A DNA stretch of 63,500 nucleotides, filler included, from Chiloscyllium plagiosum (Eukaryota), in assembly GCF_004010195.1 (NCBI RefSeq). It is 7 parts of 7 records of this genome, joined end to end, with 100 filler letters (N's around TTAATTAATTAA, not from the genome) between each part and the next. Parts side by side here need not be neighbours in the genome. Positions count along the whole stretch, not along the records: positions 11,118 to 16,272 come from NW_025197515.1; positions 16,373 to 18,829 come from NW_025181288.1; positions 18,930 to 43,730 come from NC_057711.1; 4 more parts are not named here. One strand, written 5' to 3'. Positions within the stretch are counted from its first letter, which is position 1, and every line of letters begins with the position of its first letter. Both the position numbers and the translations under genes were made by a program. Below are positions 11,118 to 23,892 of this stretch, in pieces. Below the pieces are notes generated by a model. That model ran no database searches and was not told the DNA's origin. It saw only the letters and a program-made list of their open reading frames with translations.

Positions 11118-14049
11118 AAGGCATTTGGACAAATACAGCAAAGGAAAGGACTCAGAAGGATATGGGCCAAGTGCAGGATTAGGGTAAATGGACATTTTGG
11201 TTGGCATGGACCAGTTTGGTCCAAATGGCCTGTCTCCATGCTATAGGACTCTATGACATTGTTATGGACCAGGCCAGACCCTTCGAAACATTTTGAGAAT
11301 GCAGCCCAGACCTTACCTTTTCGAATTGTGTTAAGCAAATGTAACCTGGATAGTCCAGGATTGATACAACTGGCCAAACCACTCAGCTTGAAGGAAAAGA
11401 GAATTTATTTACACACAATCAAAAGAAAACAGACTTTAGAATAACTTAACTATTTGAAAACCCAACTGACGAGAAAATGTAACTTGACAAAGAGCTGTTC
11501 CCATTTGCTGCAACAGCCTTGGCAAAAAGGTAAATATAAACACAAGGCTTCCCAATCCTCTGGCTTCCCAATAATCTCCACCACATTGCATGTTTTTTCT
11601 TTTGCTTTTATGCTGACCCTGACTTCCCTCATCAGCCATGGTTGCCTTGGCCTCCACTCAGTATCTTTCTTCTTCCATGGGTTGAATTCCTGCTCTGCCT
11701 CCCAAATTACCCCCAGAAACTCCTGCTATTGCTGCTTCCCTTCTTATCAACTCTGGCCAGCTCCTCCCTCATGTCTATGTAGTTACCTTAAGTTAATTGC
11801 ATTACGGTACAACTGACTCCAGATTCTCTGTCACAAACTGCAGGGTGAATTCTGTCATATTACGGTCAATGCCCCCAAGGGATTCCTTCGCCCTAAGTTC
11901 CTAATCAGGTCTGCTTCATTACACATCACCCAATCCAGAATTGCCTGTTCCATAGTGAACTCTACCACAAGCTGCTCCAAAAACCATCTCGTAGACATTC
12001 CATTAATTCCTTCNNNNNNNNNNNNNNNNNNNNNNNNNNNNNNNNNNNNNNNNNNNNNNNNNNNNNNNNNNNNNNNNNNNNNNNNNNNNNNNNNNNNNNN
12101 NNNNNNNNNNNNNNNNNNNNNNNNNNNNNNNNNNNNNNNNNNNNNNNNNNNNNNNNNNNNNNNNNNNNNNNNNNNNNNNNNNNNNNNNNNNNNNNNNNNN
12201 NNNNNNNNNNNNNNNNNNNNAACCCCACCCCCACCTGCCCATCAGCATGTCCTGTCAATCGGATGTGCATCCTTGAGTATTTCATTCCCAGCCCTCAACC
12301 CCTTACAGCCATGTCTCTGTGATACTCAAAACATCATACCTGCCAATTCCAATCTGCGCTACAAGCTCATTTACCTCATTTCGGATAATCCCTGCATTCA
12401 GGTACAACACCCTCAGTCCTGCATTGACTGCCCTCCTTTTCATAGTTGTCCCCTTATGCATTATGCCTAAAATTAATTTTCTGGCCCTTTCCATAATCTA
12501 TGTCCTATTAATTATTCTGGGAACTTTATTAACCTGTCCTGAGCCCTGCGTCACTTTAATGATTTTAAAATCCTTGGGAACCTCAATTTGTGGCATCACT
12601 CTGTCTACCTTATTCCGAAAGCGTTATCATACAAAGACTTTAAGTCATTTCTACTGTCAAGTTCCCCTGCACGTCTGTATTGCTTGTTACAATATGACAT
12701 TCACAAATTCTGATCCTTCCTTTTATTTTCTGGTAACAATCAAACCCATCACTAACCACGAATCCCACCTTCTCCTGTGCCTTTCATTTTCTCACGTTCT
12801 GTGCAACGGAACCCATTTGCTTTCTCTTTGGGTTGACTTCAGGTCAATATTCATCCCTGAAACATCACTGAACATGCTCATAATCTCATTTACGATTGTG
12901 CGATATTGCTGTGAACAAATTATGTTTTCTGCATTAAACAGTGACCAGTGTTCAGACAAGTCCCTCACTCTCTGTAAATGCTTTGGGAGAGCCTGACATA
13001 CAAGTCTGTCTTTTGATGAACTGGGAGCCTTTCAGATATCAGAGATGCAATTCCATGGCCCTATTAGACAGACAGCAGGACTGTTTCTCCTGGTGTCCTG
13101 GTCAATATTGATTCCCTAATTAGCATCACTAAAAACCTGACCCTCGACTCATTGTCACCCAGCTCTCTGGAATCTTGCTGAGCACAGTCTGGTGGAAAGA
13201 GCCACTGCAACATCCTTAGGTGGAGGTAGGTGCAACATAAATGCAAGTCTTTCTTTGAGGTTGGAGTCTCCTGAACCTGACCCTTGCCCATTGGATGCAT
13301 GCTTCCATCTTCCAGGGAACATGGGATCATTAAGAGCAATGACACTGTCTGATCCCAAGACACTGAGACTCTTTGCAGCTTCACCCTTGACTTTACCCCA
13401 GTGCTGAGCTGGAAGATTTGAAATAAAATCTAGAACCTTCTACATGGACACCCAATGTGACTCCTTCCTGAAGTGTGCTGATCCAACTCTGCTCCAGTGT
13501 TCTTGGATAAAGTTCTCCCGAGCTGTGAGTGATCGGAGGTTTGTTAAAGAGGTGTCGAGCTCCACCCCACATACCAACTCTTGCTCCATAGCTCTGGAGG
13601 CTTTGGTGTTTCAAGTGATTATCCAAGTGTTTTTTCAATGTGATGAGGGTTTCTGCCGCTCTCACCCTTTCAGCTAGTGAGGTCCTGAACCCACCAGCCA
13701 CTGGGTGAAAACAATTACTCCTCAACTCCCCTCTAACCCTGCCCCCAATTCATTTCAATCGCTCCCCATGGTTATTGCCCTCTGTGCTGATGGAAATCAG
13801 TCCTTCCTACCCACTCGATCCAGACCCCTCATCATTTTACACACCTTGATCAAATCTCCCCTCAGCCTCCTGTGTTCCAAAGAAACCAGTCCCAGCCAAA
13901 CCAATCATTCCCTCAAAGCTAATACTCCTCATTCCTGACAAAATCCGCCACTGTCCCCATCTCTAGGGGGATCACATCCTTCCTACAATGTGGCGACCAG
14001 AACTGCACACAGTTCTCTCACTATGCTCTAACTGGGCTTCATTTGAGGT

Positions 14050-14222
14050 CGGAAGTCACACGACACCAGGTTATAGTCCAACAGGCTTATTTCAAATCAC
14101 AAGCTTTCAGAGCACTGTTCCTTCAGCACTGAAGTCGCTTCACCTGAAGAAGGAGCAGCATTTCAAAAGCTCGTGATTTTAAATAAATCTGTTGGACTGT
14201 AACCTGGTGTATGTGACTCCTG
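14050..14222. mobile_element. Palindromic Penelope-derived short element with degenerate hammerhead motif (family B)
   Basis: Inverted arms TCACACGACACCAGGTTATAGTCCAACAGG... and ...CTGTTGGACTGTAACCTGGTGTATGTGA. The right arm reads TCAC-CTGAAGA-AGGAGCAGCATTTC-AAAA-GC-TC-GTGA. Another partial copy is at about 51005-51052. Confidence 0.65.
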
Positions 14223-14844
14223 AACATGTCCACCCCAGTCGGACACCAGAGCCTCCACATCATATCGATAGTTTCACATCTTTGCTGAGACTCTCTCTTT
14301 GGGAATGCCACTCTTACTCTTTTGGGAAAAGATTCTGAATGATCTCTGTCTCTGTCTCATCCTTGGAGGCCTCCCACTGCCCTGTCACTAATCTCCCATC
14401 AAGTCGGTTCCAGTACTCTTTTATCAAATTACCACACAGTTTGGAAAAATGGGTTGTTCCCAAATGAAAACTTTTACACTTGCTCCATGGTTCTCCATTT
14501 CCATCCCTACTGTCAATCTCACTGAGTTCCGATCACTGTCACTAAAATGCTCCCCCATTGATAGCCCTTCCAGCTGCCCACATTCATTCCGTAAATGATG
14601 GTCCAGGACTGTCCCTTCTCTTTCTGCTGCGTCACCATCACCTTCTCAGGGACAGTTAGGGATGGGCAGCAACTGGCTCTGCCAGTGCCGTACACGTCCC
14701 AAAAAGCAATTTTTAAAATGCCAGTGCTTTTGTCAGGTATGTTCGGTACTGGATATAAATGTTCAAATGTTTTACCAGTTAATGTTCAGAGAGTTGATGT
14801 ACCTTCAAAAAGCAGGGATTAAAATTGTTTCTCTTGTCTTTCAG

Positions 14845-15173
14845 GCCGTGAGAACTCTCAGCCCAAGCTGACCCTGCTGCCCCCCTCCCCGGAGCAGGTC
14901 AATGCCAAGGGCACTGCCACCCTGGTGTGCCTTGCCAATCACTTCTATCCCGATGAGCTGGAGGTGCAGTGGAAGAAGGACGGTGCAGTCATTTCGGACG
15001 GGGTTCAGACCAGCAACTACCTGCGAGCTTCGGACAGCACCTACAGTGTCAGCAGCCTGCTGACCCTCTCTGGGTCTGACTGGGAGTCCAACGCTCGCTT
15101 CTCCTGTGCCCTCACCCACATGACACTCACCTCTCCCCTCAGCAAGAGCATCAGGAGATCAGAATGTGTATAG
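14845..15173 (+). CDS. IGKC: Ig kappa-type (NS4) light-chain constant exon, copy 1
   Basis: Acceptor tctttcag, then (S)RENSQPKLTLLPPSPEQVNAKGTATLVCLANHFYPDELEVQW...FSCALTH...IRRSECV*. The C1-set Cys/Trp and the C-terminal interchain Cys are present. AATAAA at 15470-15475. Confidence 0.96.
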
Positions 15174-16621
15174 AGTGTTTGAGACAGTCCACAGAGGAGA
15201 CACAACTTTAAAATAGAACAGGGCTGAGCTGGCAGCACTGAATTTCAACTCTCTTCCTTCTCAGGACTGGCTTAAACAGACCTCCTTCCTGCTCAGCCAT
15301 CAGTTCCAATTTAAGGTTTTGTCACTGTTTAAAGGGACAGGATTCTCATGTTATTGAGAAAATCTCCACAAGTGTTTTCCTCAAGCTCCATTGTGGCTGT
15401 GAATTTGTGCAGCTTCCTCTGTCTGGGCTGTTAATTGCTGACTGTTTTCTGTCAATGTCTGGAAAAGGGAATAAAGATGAAGAAGATTCAGTCTCTGTCT
15501 CGTGAGTGCTTTGGAAATGGCCACAGCTGAGTCCTCAGGGATAGGTGTATGAAGTGAAAAGCCCCACCCCCACAGGTATGGAGCAGGAGGAGGAGAATAG
15601 AGGGGGCAATGGGGAACACAATAATCTGATGGGAATTCCCCTGAACACCAACACATCCTTTCAGCACAGCATGATCCTGAGCCAAGCAGTTCAGTTCGCA
15701 ATTTGACCAGCAGGATCTTGCGACGCAGAATAACAATACCACAGGGTTTGCAAAGTAAATATTCCTTGCAGCGTTTGATTTGTATTTGGAGAGAATGTGC
15801 AAAATCCACAGAGATATTCGCCTGAGGCAGGGATCGAATCCAGGTCCCTGGAACTATGAGGCTGTAGTGCTAACCACTGAGCCACCATGTCACCCCCTAT
15901 ACTGACTTGATCCATCCCTGGTACAAAATATTCTGATGGCCATTCCCCCTTCACACCAACCCATCCATCAGGGACAGCAAGATCCTGACCCAAGCAATTC
16001 AGATCAGGGCCACTTGGGACACTCTATTGATCAATATCATCAGCAGAATCTTGGAACTCAGAATAACAATTCCACAGGGTTTGGGTAATAAATATTCCAT
16101 AAATTAGACCTGGGTTTTCTTTACTCTTCAAATGAGATGGAATTGCCCCGTGTGTCCCTGGAGTCAGATTGAGAATGTTCAGTCTGGGAGTCACCGCTGG
16201 GGAGGACAGTCAATGATAAACTGGTTCCATTTTCTGCTCTCATATTCTGTAGCCCCTGGGCCACCTCAGTGANNNNNNNNNNNNNNNNNNNNNNNNNNNN
16301 NNNNNNNNNNNNNNNNTTAATTAATTAANNNNNNNNNNNNNNNNNNNNNNNNNNNNNNNNNNNNNNNNNNNNGTTACTGGGGTGGGATCAGGATGTTCTT
16401 CTTCGTAAATTATGTGGTAACGGTCAAGGTTGAGGGCATGTTTCTAAAGAGGGAACCAATGATCATGATCAGCAACTGGTAGGAAACAAAAACAAACTCC
16501 AGTTATGCTGTAGACTTAGCGGGAGCATACTGGTAAACGTTTACAGCTGAGGATACATTTGAGTAACTGATAAGGTCAAATTAACAGAAATTAACATCAT
16601 GCTCAATTCATTCTATTGTAG

Positions 16622-16927
16622 AGACACCATCGCTCCCCACGCTTTATGGCCTGGTCTCCTCCTGTCAGGAGCACAACACCGGTTCTGTGATCTTTGGTTG
16701 TTTGGCGATGGACTATTCCCCTGACGTCACCAAGGTAACCTGGAAGAAAGGTGGGGAGCTAATCACGACTGAATTGAAGACTTACCCATCAGTGAGAAAC
16801 AAGAAGGGAACCTACACCCTGAGCAGCCAGTTAACCCTGCCCGGGTCAGCGGTAGATTGCCCCAGCAAAATCTCCTGTGAGGTTCAACACAGCGGGTCAC
16901 ACAAGAGCAAAGTAATGCCATGTACAG
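16622..16927 (+). CDS. IGHM: IgM heavy-chain Cmu1 exon
   Basis: Acceptor ttgtag and donor ACAG/GTACGT bound a 306-nt phase 1-1 exon: [72 protein letters not shown]...[19 protein letters not shown]. This is typical of shark Cmu1. Confidence 0.92.
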
Positions 16928-17004
16928 GTACGTGTTGTGGGAACTGAGAAAAACAGATCATCTGTGATTAACATGAATAAGGCATTATTTATAACCGTTT
17001 TCAC

Positions 17005-18090
17005 AGAATCACCTTATACAGCACAGGAAAAAGGCCCTTTGATCCATCCAATTCACACCTATCAATAACAGCCACCTAACAATTCCAGTCTCATGTGTCA
17101 GCACATGATCCATTGCCTTTTGTGACTTGCCCTTGCAAGGATACTTCATACTTATTATGAGGGGCTCAGTCTCTACATGACTGAAAGGTACTGAGCTCCA
17201 GGCTAACACCACCCTCTGTCTGATTTTGTTTTCCCCTGAGATCCACTTGGAAGCTCCTGGCCTTACCTTCACCCTGTGCCCCTGAGGCATTGATCTCTCC
17301 ATCAAGGGGAAAGGTTTCATCCAGTTTACCTTGTCTATGCCTAAAATAATTCTAGACATCATGATAATCTTTTCCCTAATTCTCCTCTGCTCCAAGGAAA
17401 ACCCCTGTCCATCTAAACTAGTTTCATAACTAAAACCCTCCAACCCAGGCAAGATCCTGGCAAATCTCATCAATACTGCCTTCAGTGTAATCGCATTCCT
17501 TCGATAATATGCACACAATGCTTCAGTATGGCCTAACCAGTGTTTTATGAAGTTCCAGTATCATCTCACCACTCTTCATTGTCAATGTCTAGGCTAATAA
17601 AAGCAAATATCCTCCCACTTTCTTAGCCTCTTTATCCAGACGACACAGTACTATAGGGGATCGGTGGGTACATGCACCAAAGATCCTCAGGCCTTTCCAG
17701 GGTTCCACCATTCGAAACGTAATACCTCACAGATTCTTCTGCCGAATTACATCACCTTACATTTATTCAGAATAATTTCCATTTGCAACTTTTCTCTTCA
17801 TATACAACCAACCTTTTTATATCCTCCTGCAATCTAAAGCCATTATGCTCATGACTTACCAACATGACAGTTTTCATTTCATCTGTGAATTCACTGGTTA
17901 ATCCTCCTAAATTTGAGTCTCAATCATTGGTATGTAAGAGAAATAGCACGGAAATCAACATCAATCCCTACAGAACACCAGGAGACATAGATTTCCAGTC
18001 ACGCAGACACCCGATGACTATTATCGCCTGCTCCCATCACTCAGCCAGTTCCAGATCCAATCTGTCAAATTAACTCGGATCCCATTGGCT
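17005..18090 (-). mobile_element. Old CR1 LINE 3' fragment
   Basis: Peptide LMRFARILPGLEGFSYETSLD...SLEQRRIRE...QRVVLAWSSVP. Confidence 0.75.
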
Positions 18091-19299
18091 CTGATTATTG
18101 CTATCATCTGGACATCGAGTTATCGCTATGAAAACTACTGTCAAATTATTACACAGGACTTCCTGTCAATAAAACCGTGTTAAAAATTGTTGATTTATCT
18201 TCCAAATGAAGACTAATTTCACTTCTCAATAGTTTCCTTACCACTGAGACTAGCTTGACAGATCTGTGTTTTCATTATTTATCCCTTCCTTCGTCCTGCA
18301 TAACAGTGCAACGTTGGCTGATCTACACCCACTTGGCACAACTGCTGTGGCCAGACAGGAATTCTAAATTATTGTCAGCGACCCAACTATTTCATCCTTT
18401 GCATCGCTCAACCGCTTGGTATACTTTTCATCTGCCCTGGAAATATAACCACTTTTCATTCAGCAAGACAACACAGAACATCACGTCATATGTCCTAATT
18501 TCTGAAAGTACATCACAATACCACTCCATGATTTCTGTCCCCACATTGTCCCTCTTCCTAGTGAACACTGACACAACACATTCGTTTTGACCACAACCAA
18601 ATCCTCCGGCTCCACTCCAATAATAACACTTAATGGGCATTACTGTTTCCCGAATAATTATTTTATTATGAATGAGCCTGTAACTTTTAAAATATTTTCC
18701 TTTGTTTTGACTGCTATTATTTTCTCATGGTCCCTTTTGCTCTTCTAATTCCTTTGTCTTTCAAACTCCCCCTTGCACGTTCTGTACTCCATATCAGTTT
18801 CTATTGTTTTGAGATTTCAGTATAGACCGNNNNNNNNNNNNNNNNNNNNNNNNNNNNNNNNNNNNNNNNNNNNTTAATTAATTAANNNNNNNNNNNNNNN
18901 NNNNNNNNNNNNNNNNNNNNNNNNNNNNNGGGGGGGGGTTGGGAGACACAACACGTGTAGTGTCTCGGGTTCAGCCACTGCCTAGATATACTACCGGCAG
19001 TCCCCTGGTCGTCGCTCCCGCTTTTCCTACTTATTAACTAGGTTAGAGGAGGGCAGGTGGGAGACACTACAGTAGTAGAGTCTCGGTTTAGCCACCTTGC
19101 TGATATATATGGTCACTGCTTTCCTTCCTGACTGCCCCTCGAGGAGGGCAGGTGGGAGACACTACAGTAGTAGAGTCTCGGTTTAGCCACCTTGCTGATA
19201 TATATGGTCACTGCTTTCCTTCCTGACTGCCCCTCCGGTCCACGTCATTTCCTCCGCTGCTCTCGCTCCTTCTCCGCTGCTGCTCGCACTTAAATAGTT

Positions 19300-20340
19300 T
19301 GATTTGAATTGATTTATTGTTGTCACATGTACTTACGTGCAGTGAAAAGTTTTGTTTTGCGAGTAGTACAGGCAGATCATAGCAAACAAGGACCTATAGA
19401 TCATAGAGTGCTTAGGCAGAGCGAGGCATGCTAGGTTATGGCTGCACAGAAGGTGCATAAAGCAAGATCAACGTTAGATTTGAAATTAGAGAGATCCATC
19501 AGCAGTCTAATAACAGAGGGGAAGAAGTTGGTGGTGCATGTACCTTCTACTTGATGGAAGAGGTTGGAAGAGGGTGTTACTGGGATGAGAGGGGTTTTGA
19601 TGATGTTGGCAGCCTTTCCCTGGCATCGAGAAGTGTAGATGGAGTCCGTGGATGGGAGGTTGGCTTCCAACTTGGTCTGGGCTGTGCACACAACCTTCGA
19701 TTGTGTCATATGGTCCTGGGCAGAGCAGTTGCTGTACCAGGCTGTTATGCACTTGGACAGTATGCTTTCAATGGTGCATCTGTAGGAGTTGGTGAGGGTC
19801 CTTATGGACATGCCAAATTTCCTGAGCTTCCTGAGGAAGAGGAGGCATTCTTGTGCCTTTCTGACTGTCGCATCTATATGGGAGGACCAGGACAGATTGT
19901 TGGTATCATCACTTCTCGGAACTTGACGTTCTTGACTCTCTGCACCTCAGCTCCATTGATGTAGATCGGGGTGCATCCTCCTCCTTTCTTCCTGAACTCA
20001 ATGATTAGTTCTTTGGTTTTGCTGACATTGAGAGAGAGGTTGTTTTCATTGCACCATAACACCAGGCACTCTATCCCCTTCCTCTATTCTGACTCGTCAT
20101 TGTTTGATATCAGTTCTATAATGGTGGTGCCATCAGCAAACTTGTAGATGGTGTTAATTGGGAGTTTGGCAACACAGTCATGGGTATACAGGGAGTAGAG
20201 TAGGGGGCTGAGGACACCTCATTGAGGGGCTCCAGAGTTATTGTGGAGGAGGTGCTGTTGTCTATCTTCACTGATTGCGGTCTGTGGGTCAGGAAGCTGA
20301 GGATCCAGTTGTAGAGGATGGAGCTGAAACCTAGGTTTTG
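19300..20340 (-). mobile_element. Rex1/Babar-like LINE RT C-terminal fragment
   Basis: Peptides WILSFLTHRPQSVKI, WCNENNLSLNVSKTKELIIEFRK and LTNSYRCTIESILSKCITAWYSNCS. Confidence 0.75.
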
Positions 20341-22165
20341 CAAATGAGAATGGAAAAGAAATCCCATTCTGTCTCATAGCTCCTTTCAGTTCCACAGCAG
20401 CAGGGAGACAATTTTCAAATTTGCCAAAGTAGAGTCATTTTCGATTGAAGACATTAACTCTGACTCTGCCTCTCCATCAGACCTGCTGAGTTTCACCAAC
20501 AATTTCTATTCTTATTTTAGATTTCCAGCTTCTGCATTATTTTATTTCTAAGTTTGCATACACCCTGGTTCAACCTTAGAAGGTGGGGTGGTCATGTGCA
20601 GCACAGAAATAAAGTAATGGCCTTAGTCTCCTTGCAGGGAGTATAGCACATAACTAGAGAATCAACCATGATCATATTGAAGGGTGGAACAGCTCTAGTC
20701 GTCCAGTTATAGGAAGGATTTTCTTAAGCTAGAGAGGGTTCAGAAGAGATTTACCAGGATGTTGCTGGATATGGAGGGGGTCTGAGTTCTAAAGAAAGAC
20801 TGGATAGGCTGGGCTTTTCACTGGACTGCAGGAGGTCAAAGGGCAACCCAACAGAGGTTTATAAAATCATAAGATGTATAGATAGACTTAATAGTAGGTG
20901 TCTTTTCCCTAGGATGGGGAATTTCAAGACTAGGGTCCATATTTTTAAGTTAAAAGGAGTAAGATTTAAAAAAAAGATATGAGGGGCATTTTTTTTTACA
21001 CAGAATGCTTCGTGTGTGAAATGAACTTCCTGAGGAAGTGGTAGATGCAGGTACAGTTACAATGTTAAAAAGACATTTGGATAAGTTGATGAATTAGAAA
21101 TATTTGGAGGTATATGGGCCAAGCGCAGGCAGTGAGACTAGTTTAGTTTGGGATGATGATCAGCATGGATTGGATGGACCAAAGGGTCGTTTCCATGCTG
21201 TCTGACTCTATGACTCTGTAACAGGTTTGAAGGGTCGAAATGTTTCTTCTTGTGGTTTCTATGTTTCTGACATTTATCCGGCAGATATCACCACCTATCC
21301 AAAGCTGACGGGCAGACAATCTGTTGATTGTGCCAGGGTACAGAGGCAGAGATGCAGTGTTGCCAAGTGCCTACATGTGAAAGCTGACTCCCCAAGTCAG
21401 TAGTGTTGGTGGCCAATGAACAACTGGTAAATAAAAGGTGGTTGGGGCCAAGAGGGTTTTCATGGGGGACCCCAGAAATAATGGTGTGGATCTGGAAAAG
21501 AAACCACTGTTGGAGATGCCAACATCACAAGCAGAATCGCTGAACCATGCATGGAAGCTGGAAACCAGTGGGAAATGTCGGAGACAGATAGATTCAACAC
21601 AGCAGCAGAGGTCTGGAATATATATCAGGAAACACCTGGATAACTTGAAGAGAAGGAAATACAGAGAAATTCCAATACAAACGAAAACAATTTGCAGGAT
21701 AGAGCACGATTTCCTAACATTCTCTGCAGTCAGTGATGGACTTTGGAAGTTTCGTCACAATTGAAAGGAAGGAAACACTGCAATCATTTTCAGCACAGCA
21801 AGATCCCACAACCACAGGACTATTTTATTTTCATGACACTAGCTGAGAGATAAATTTTAGTCAGGATCCCAGGGTGATTTTCATCGAAATAGTGAATTTG
21901 TGGCCTTTCACTCCCACCAAAGAAGTCAGGTAGGACCCCATCTTAACATCCCACCCACCAGCAAGATGGTGCCTCTCAATGGTGCAGAACTCCCTCAGGA
22001 CCACTCATCGACCACAGAACGAAAAAGTAAAAGCAGGGAAAAGGGGTAGACAAACTTCTACCCTGGATGGCTGATTGTGAGTCATATTCAGTATAAGATC
22101 CCGGTATGATGAGGCAGGGGAATAAGAAAGGGTTATGGGTGTCTCTCATTCCATTTGACGGTCAA

Positions 22166-22170
22166 TTAAT
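22166..22170 (-). CDS. Candidate terminal coding exon (Asp-stop) of the Siglec-15-like gene
   Basis: A strong acceptor tttctctttcttcccacag ends at 22171. Joined to the phase-1 TM exon it gives G|AT TAA. Unverified, and other tail exons are possible. Confidence 0.35.
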
Positions 22171-22304
22171 CTGTGGGAAGAAAGAGAAATGCAATGTTCA
22201 AGTGTTGTTCATCCATTAGCCATTCAGTATTTTAAATTTGCTGTATATGAATGATCTGAGAAGCAGGAAAATGGACATTTCAGGCAAAAGCCCTTCATCA
22301 GGTC

Positions 22305-22340
22305 ATTTCTGATGAAGGGCTTTTGCCCGAAACGTCAATT
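22305..22340 (+). ncRNA. Minimal hammerhead ribozyme motif in a Penelope-derived palindrome (family A)
   Basis: CTGATGA (22309-22315)-A-GGGC-TTTT-GCCC-GAAA-C-GTC with a short stem I. An inverted partner copy lies immediately upstream (about 22262-22302). Confidence 0.65.
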
Positions 22341-23694
22341 TTCCTGCTCCTCGGATGCTGCCTGACGTGCTGTGCTTTTCCAGCACCACACCCTCGACTC
22401 TAATCTCCACCATCTGCAGTCCTCACTTTCACCATGTATGAGGGATAGCCAGAGCATCAGATAAGATTGGAATAAAACTATGAATCATAAGGCCAGAGAT
22501 CCAACCTTAAAGTTGAGAAACATGCTTAAGTGTTTTGAAGGACATTGAAATCTGTAGAGATTTTATCTGAGAAACACTGTTCATGCACATAGTCTACTGG
22601 GTGTGATGGAAGACCCCATTTGTCCAGATGAGTGCAGCTCCAGTAACATTCACTTGGGGAAGTGCTGGTGATGTTACTGGAAAAGGAAGCAGTCCAGGAG
22701 AATGTACTGGGAACATGGGTTCAAATCCTATCAGGGCAGCCACTGGAATATTAATTCTCATTATGGTTGTCACTGATTTCCTGTAAAAGTCCATCTGGTT
22801 CGTTAACATCTCTTTTACGGGATGGTCTGTCATTTTTGCCTAGTTTTGTCCATTTGTGACTGGTTGACATTAAATTTCATGGGTTGGACTTGAACCCATG
22901 CACTAACCTAGGACCTCAATGACATTACCACTGCGCCATCATCTGCTGGGATGTAGGTACTACTGATGAGGTGATGGTGGTGAGTCACCGTTTGAATCAC
23001 TGCAATATCCCTCCCATCCTCCTGGTGCAACAAATAGTCTTTAGTTTGGGGAGAGCCAGTGAAATTGTGCTATCATCACTGGGCCAGAAATCTAGAGATT
23101 CCAGATAGTATCCTGGGTACCTGGGTTCGAATTCCACCAGGGCAGATGGGTTAGAGTTAATTAAAACTACTAACTAGAAGTGCAATGATGGTCGTGAAAT
23201 CATTGCTAATTGGCAGGAAAAACCCATCTGGGTCCCTAATGTCTCTTCAGGAAGGAAATCTGCCATCCTTACCTGGTCTGGCCTACATGTGACTCCAGAC
23301 CCATAGCTATGTGGTTAATTCTGATCTGCCCTCTACAATGGATACGTGAGCCATTCAGTTGTATCAACCATGATAAAGGATCAAAGGAATGAAAACGAAT
23401 GGACTCACTGCATTGGCTAAGGTGCCAGTACCAACAATGGCAAAACAGCAATATATTATTGTTCCTTCGGTGTTGCTGGGTCAAAATCCTGGAATTCCAT
23501 CCCTAAGGGTATTGTGGGTCAACCCACCGCACGTGGAGTGCAGCGGTTCAAGAAGGCAACTCACCACCACCTTCTCAAGGGGCAACAAGGGAAAGGCAAT
23601 AACGACTTTTTCTATTCTTTCAGAGAGCAGCTAGCAGTAGCCATGTAGGCCAGACAGGGTAACGATAGAGGATTAGGAGAAAGTAAGCACTCTG

Positions 23695-23892
23695 TCAGAG
23701 TTGAGACTGTGGTGCTGGAAAAACACAGCAGGTCAGGCAGCATCTGAGGAGCAGGAGAATCAATGTTTTGGGCATAAGCCCTTCATCAGGAAAGGACTTC
23801 CTGATGAAGGGCTTATGCCCGAAACATTGATTCTCCTGCTCCTTGGATGCTACCTGATCTGCCGTGTTTTACCAGCACCACACTGTCAACAA
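23695..23892. mobile_element. Head-to-head palindromic Penelope-derived element (family A)
   Basis: Arms of about 95 nt centred near 23795: ...GGGCATAAGCCCTTCATCAGGAA-AGGAC-TTCCTGATGAAGGGCTTATGCCCGAAAC.... Similar palindromes lie at about 22255-22435, 50350-50550 and 58845-59075. Confidence 0.8.
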
